Positions 27,483 to 32,000 of a stretch of 32,000 nt of DNA are shown in pieces. Source of the stretch: Hyperthermus butylicus DSM 5456 (GTDB lineage Archaea > Thermoproteota > Thermoprotei_A > Sulfolobales > Pyrodictiaceae); contig NC_008818.1 of assembly GCF_000015145.1 (NCBI RefSeq), forward strand, positions 750,001 through 782,000. Reading direction: 5' to 3'. Under the pieces are notes generated by a model. That model was not told the origin of the DNA, ran no database searches, and saw only the letters and a program-made list of their open reading frames with translations. The translations under genes and the position numbers were made by a program. Within the stretch, counting starts at the first letter, position 1; each line of letters starts with the position of its first letter.

Positions 27483-29288
27483 CTATGTTGCTGCTGATGC
27501 TCTACCAGCCTTAGCCTCTATCAGCTCTTGGAGTGCCTGGAGTAGCTCTTGCTTGAGCTTGTCAAGCTTTTCTAGTTGGTCGTTTGGCACGTTATATCTT
27601 GCCAGGATGAGTTCTCGTATCTTCGGGGCTAGCTTTTCACGTATCTCCTTCACCGTTACGCCACGCTTTATCGCCTCTAGAGCTGCGTGGTAGAAGTCTA
27701 TGATTGTCTCTAGCTGCTTCCACTGCTTCTGGGGCGTAGCGAAGGCGTCTACTGGGTCGAACGCGTTCTGCTGCAGGAATCCTGTCTTGATAATGTTTGC
27801 AATCTCTAGTATCAGCTTGTCCTTCTCGCTTAGGCCCTCTGTACCAACGAGGCGGACTATCTCTCGCAGCTCGTCCTCGCGGAGGAGTATCTCGTAGGCC
27901 TCGTTGCGGTATTCTAGCCACTTGGGGCTTATGTTCTCGTGCCACCACTTAGCTACCGTCTCAACGTAAGCTGAGTAGCTTACTAGCCAGTTTATGGCTG
28001 GGTAGTGCCTGCTATACGCTAGCCTTGCGTCCAGAGCCCAGAACACCCTTATGAACCTCTTGGTGTTGGCTGTTACCGGCTCTGTGAAGTCGCCACCTGG
28101 CGGCGATACCGCGCCAACGATGGTTACGCTGCCGAGCCTCTCTGGCCGGCCGGGCACCTTCACCCTACCGGCACGGGCGTAGAACTCTGCAAGCCTTGAT
28201 GCCAGATAGCTTGGGTAGCCCTCCTCTGCGGGCATCTCCTCTAGACGACCAGCAATCTCACGTAGCGCCTCAGCCCAGCGACTTGTAGAGTCAGCTACTA
28301 GCAGAACATCGTAGCCCATGTCTCTGTAGTACTCTGCAAGCGTTATGCCTGTGTAGATGCTTGCCTCTCTAGCTGCTACTGGCATGTTGCTAGTGTTGGC
28401 GATGAGTATGGTACGCTCCATCATTGGCTTGCCGGTCCATGGGTCGGTTAGCTTGGGGAACGTCTCCAGGACCTCCGTCATCTCATTACCGCGTTCGCCA
28501 CAGCCAATGTATATGACTACCTTTGCAGCACTCCACTTTGCCAGGCTCTGAAGGGTGACGGTCTTACCGCTGCCGAAGGGGCCTGGTATAGCGCCAGTAC
28601 CACCCTTAGCCATGGGGAACATTGTGTCTATAACTCTCATACCGGTAATCAGCGGCTCAACCGGCTCCAGCTTCTCGATTATTGGTCTCGCTCTGCGCAC
28701 CGGCCAGCGGTGATACATCTTTAGCTCTATCTCCTTGCCGTCAGCCTCGACTACTGCTATTACATCCTCGACCGTGTAGTCGCCCTCAGAGGCTAGCCAC
28801 TTTAGCCTGCCATGCACGTCAGGCGGTACGAGCACCTTGTGGGTTATGAGGCTTGTCTCCTGGACCTCGCCGAGGACGTCGCCGCCAGAGACCTTGTCGC
28901 CGGGCTTGAGCGTTGTGTTCGGCTTGAAGTGCCACTTTCTGCTACGATCAAGGGCGTCTACCTTCACGCCACGCCTAACGAATATGCTCTTGGTTACCTC
29001 ACGTATAACGTCTAATGGGCGCTGGATACCATCGTATATCCTGCCTATGAGGCCTGGACCCAGCTCGACGCTTAGTGGCGAACCAGTACCATAGACTGGC
29101 TCGCCGGGCTTGAGGCCAGTGGTGGACTCGTATACCTGGATGTAGGCCTTGTCGCCGACCACTCTGTTAACCTCGCCTATCAGCCGTTCCTCGCCTACCT
29201 CAACCATCTCGTACATCTGTATGCCCTCCATACCCTCGGCTACGACTAACGGGCCTGCTACACGGATGATTCTGCCCTTAACCGGCAA
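27483..29288 (-). CDS. atpA: A-type ATP synthase catalytic subunit A
   Basis: TTG start; P-loop '[17 protein letters not shown]', '[18 protein letters not shown]', '[20 protein letters not shown]'. Confidence 0.97.
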
Positions 29289-29328
29289 GGCTTACCCTGC
29301 ACCCCTCACATTACTGTCCAAGTGGGGG

Positions 29329-29952
29329 TTATTGGTTGAGCACCTCCAGTACGCGTGCCCGCGCCTCTTCGAGGGCGGGGGCGAGTATAACTTCTAGCCT
29401 ATAGTCTAGGGTTAGCCCCGCCTCTACAGCCCTCACCGTGAAGCCGCCAGCGCCTTCAACGGCCTCTCCCACCTCGACCTCTATACCCTTCTCAGCCGCT
29501 ACCCTAGGGGCTAGCTCTGCTACTATGGCCTGGTCGGGTCTAGCCGGATGAACTATGACTCTCCTCGACCGTCTGGAGGCCGTCTCGAGAGCCGAGTCGA
29601 GGAGCCTCTTGATAAACTCCTTATAGGCTTCAAGACCCACGTACTCCCTTAGCCTTTGGAGAGCCACGGACATTATTTCCTCGACTGCCTTAGCTCTTAT
29701 CTCTGCTAGGCGCTTACGCAGCTCAACCTCCCTCTTAGCAGTATAGGCTTGTACCTGCTCCTCCGCTTCACGCAGTGCACGCCTAAGCTCCGACTCTAGC
29801 TTCGATGCTGACTCCTCGTATGCCCTCTCAACTATCTTCCTAGCCGCCTCAAGGGCCTCCCTAACCCTAGACTCGACATGCTCAGCTATGCTCGAGACCA
29901 ACTGCTCTGCGAACCTTGAAGGGTCACCCACTATGCGCACACTAGACGTCAT
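29329..29952 (-). CDS. atpE: A-type ATP synthase subunit E
   Basis: 207 aa Ala/Glu/Arg-rich helical N-terminus with 'SVALQRLREYVGLEAYKEFIKRLLDSAL'; position between atpF and atpA. Confidence 0.87.
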   Translation of the reverse strand: MTSSVRIVGDPSRFAEQLVSSIAEHVESRVREALEAARKIVERAYEESASKLESELRRALREAEEQVQAYTAKREVELRKRLAEIRAKAVEEIMSVALQRLREYVGLEAYKEFIKRLLDSALETASRRSRRVIVHPARPDQAIVAELAPRVAAEKGIEVEVGEAVEGAGGFTVRAVEAGLTLDYRLEVILAPALEEARARVLEVLNQ

Positions 29953-29956
29953 AGTG

Positions 29957-30265
29957 TCACCCCATTCCGAGCGCTCTGAGGAGCTCCTTCTGGACGTCTA
30001 GAGGTTTTCCGGGCTCGCGGAGGGTGGGTAGCCTGGAGACGACGATGGAGGGGTTTGCCTTCTCAAGGGTCTCTATGTCTCCAGCTAGCTCGTCGTACAG
30101 CTCGGCTGAGACAAAAACTATGGCCACATCCCTCCTAGACTGTAGGCTGCGTAGCACACCACGCGCCTCCTCAGCGTTGCCCACAGGGTAGCCCTCGACG
30201 CCAAGCATTCTGAAGGCATAGACTGTATAGGGATCAGCAATGACTATCAGTTTCCTCTCAGCCAA
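29957..30265 (-). CDS. atpF: A-type ATP synthase subunit F
   Basis: 102 aa 'KLIVIADPYTVYAFRMLGVEGYPVGNAEEARGVLRSL...VAIVFVSAELYDEL'; TTG start. Confidence 0.92.
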   Translation of the reverse strand: MAERKLIVIADPYTVYAFRMLGVEGYPVGNAEEARGVLRSLQSRRDVAIVFVSAELYDELAGDIETLEKANPSIVVSRLPTLREPGKPLDVQKELLRALGMG

Positions 30266-30302
30266 GACTGGCTCTCCTAGACGGAGCGGCGCTGGGAGCT
30301 AG

Positions 30303-30312
30303 TATTTATAAT
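30303..30312. promoter_or_regulatory. Putative TATA-like element in the divergent atpF/atpI intergenic region
   Basis: 'TATTTATAAT' (ATTATAAATA on the minus strand), about 38 nt upstream of the atpF start and about 90 nt upstream of the atpI start. Confidence 0.3.
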
Positions 30313-30402
30313 TGCAGCAAGCCTTGAAGCTTTCCAGGCCGGGACCCCATTCAGCCGGGTAAGGCTGCTAATGTCCCCACTAGCTGGGTGGCGGTGTCGG
30401 CT

Positions 30403-32000
30403 ATGCAGGCCTCGCTGCTCGTAGCCCAAGCCACCGTCGAGGTCATAGTCGGAGTTCCCCGCGGCGAGTACGCTAGGACTGTTAAGGCTCTGGCTGAGAG
30501 CAGTGTATTCCACCCCGAGCCCCTGGAAGGTATTGTTGCCCACGAGGTTAGGAGGCTCCGCAATGAGCTGGAGGCTGTGGCAGAGCGGCTCCGGCAGGCT
30601 GCCACTGTCGCCGGTGTTGCTGCCGGCGGAGAGGCTGTGGTGAGGATTAAGAGTAGCAGTGATGCTGGGTTATCGGAGCTGCTACGCGAGCTATCCACGC
30701 TAGCGTCAAGCGTGTCTGAACTCGTGGAGAAGCTAGCACAGCTCCAGAACCCCGAATCCGAGCTCTCTAAGAAGCTCCGCATCCTACAGTACTACGCGTT
30801 CATAGATGTTGACCTAGAGAGGCTTACTAGAAGCCGCCACGTTAGAGCCAAGGTGTATCGCATACCGCTAGGTTTCGCCGAGGAGTTCATCGCTGAGCTG
30901 TCAAGGGTCGAGGGTGTTGTAGTAGCCTACACCGACGGCATTGAGCCAGGCTACATGACTATCGTAGTAGTATACCCTGCCAGGCTCGAAACCGAGGTTG
31001 GCAAGGTTGCGCTACGACACCGCGCCGAGCCCCTAGAGATACCGGAAGACTGGCCACGGATCCCTGCGCGCGCCGTGGAGAGGGCTAGGAGGGAGCTAGA
31101 GGAGCTGCCGCGCCGCATAGGCGAGTACCGGCCACAGATTCTCCGCGCACTAACAGCTGTAGAGGCTGCTGTGAAACTACTCAGGCTACTGGAAGCCACC
31201 AAGTTTACGAGGACCGCAGCCTTCATCCACGGCTACGTTGATCCATCCCAGCTCGACAGGCTAGAGGAACAACTCCAGGACATAGGCGTCAAGGGCTTTG
31301 TGATCCTGGTACGAGAGGAGAGCCACCGCCACGGAAAACCCGGCCACGGCGAGGAGGAGCACGAAGCTAAGAGGACGCCGAGCTTCTACCGGGTAACAAA
31401 GCTGCTAGCACCCTTCGCCGACCTTCTCTCGATGTCTGGGCATCCCCGGCCGGGTGAGGTCGTACCAGTTGTATTGATGGCTATAACGCTCCCAGTAATC
31501 TATGGCCTCATGTTCCCCGACCTGGGCCACGGCCTGGTACTACTACTCGCCGGCTACTACCTGTTCTATAAGAGGATGGGCAACGTCAACCTTGGCAGAC
31601 TGGTAATGTACTTCGGTATCGCCGCAATGGTAACTGGATTCCTGGCTGGTGAGTTCTTCGGCCCCCACCCCGTTGTCGCCGGCTGGCTCTCAGAGGGTAT
31701 ATGGCATGGCCACCCACCGCTTGCTAGCCCCCTCCACGAGTTCGTAACAAAGCCCGCCGAGGAAGCTGCCGAAGCTGCAGTCCCGCTACTGTTCAACGCG
31801 ATATACTTGTCACTGCTCATTGGAGCACTAGTAATGACCGTCTCCTCGCTAATATCGATTGTCAATGGCGTACTGCTTGGCGACCGCGAGGTGCTAGTAG
31901 CGAGTATCGGGAAAACCCTCATCTTCGGCTCGATACTACTAGCATTAACCCTCGGTGCAGCCGCTGGAGCTGGAGCCGCAGTACTAGAGAGAGCTGCTGG
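30403..32000 (+). CDS. atpI: A-type ATP synthase subunit I (membrane stator subunit), truncated at the window edge
   Basis: Not in the ORF track because it has no stop. Manual translation from ATG 30403 ('MQASLLVAQATVEVIVGVPRGEYARTVKAL...') is open to 32000 and includes 'VTKLLAPFADLLSMSGHPRPGEVVPVVLMAITLPVIYGLMFPDLGHGLVLLLAGYYLF'. Confidence 0.93.
   Translation, partial: MQASLLVAQATVEVIVGVPRGEYARTVKALAESSVFHPEPLEGIVAHEVRRLRNELEAVAERLRQAATVAGVAAGGEAVVRIKSSSDAGLSELLRELSTLASSVSELVEKLAQLQNPESELSKKLRILQYYAFIDVDLERLTRSRHVRAKVYRIPLGFAEEFIAELSRVEGVVVAYTDGIEPGYMTIVVVYPARLETEVGKVALRHRAEPLEIPEDWPRIPARAVERARRELEELPRRIGEYRPQILRALTAVEAAVKLLRLLEATKFTRTAAFIHGYVDPSQLDRLEEQLQDIGVKGFVILVREESHRHGKPGHGEEEHEAKRTPSFYRVTKLLAPFADLLSMSGHPRPGEVVPVVLMAITLPVIYGLMFPDLGHGLVLLLAGYYLFYKRMGNVNLGRLVMYFGIAAMVTGFLAGEFFGPHPVVAGWLSEGIWHGHPPLASPLHEFVTKPAEEAAEAAVPLLFNAIYLSLLIGALVMTVSSLISIVNGVLLGDREVLVASIGKTLIFGSILLALTLGAAAGAGAAVLERAA

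Noticed and set aside
26464-29397. Multiple plus-strand ORFs of 60-120 aa opposite atpA/atpB
   Set aside because: Shadow ORFs opposite highly conserved ATPase genes.
30351-30782. 143-aa minus-strand ORF opposite atpI
   Set aside because: Antisense shadow of the long in-frame atpI coding sequence; no recognisable family and Ser/Ala-rich shadow composition.
1-32000. CRISPR array, rRNA, intact transposase or integrase
   Set aside because: No regularly spaced repeats, rRNA-like stretches or transposase/integrase motifs seen by eye. A weakly conserved or short array could be missed without tools.

Overview
The window looks like ordinary chromosome from a hyperthermophilic crenarchaeon. Pyrodictiaceae/Desulfurococcales-like is my inference from protein character and start-codon usage, not a database match. 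It is mostly housekeeping genes. The right end carries an A-type ATP synthase cluster: F-E-A-B-D on the minus strand, with divergent subunit I running off the window and K set apart from the main block. Elsewhere there are an archaeal ProRS, a SufS-like cysteine desulfurase, Sua5/YrdC, threonine synthase, Pth2, HtpX, S26e, DtdA, an NSUN-type RNA m5C methyltransferase, a TrmY-like SPOUT protein, a family-2 glycosyltransferase, a DUF1464-like kinase, an HD phosphohydrolase, a thioredoxin-like protein and a LysE-like transporter. The most interesting items are: (1) a stand-alone CARF protein (APE2256/Crn1-like) with no CRISPR array or effector in the window; (2) a 945-aa exported or anchored Ala-rich coiled-coil protein with a transglutaminase core; (3) sufS split by two 1-nt insertions 8 nt apart, and proS split by one 1-nt insertion, with the missing motifs recoverable exactly; (4) relics of a LivF-type ABC ATPase and a VapB-type antitoxin in 'intergenic' DNA, absent from the ORF track. 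I found no convincing new multi-gene system, CRISPR array, rRNA, tRNA or intact mobile element.
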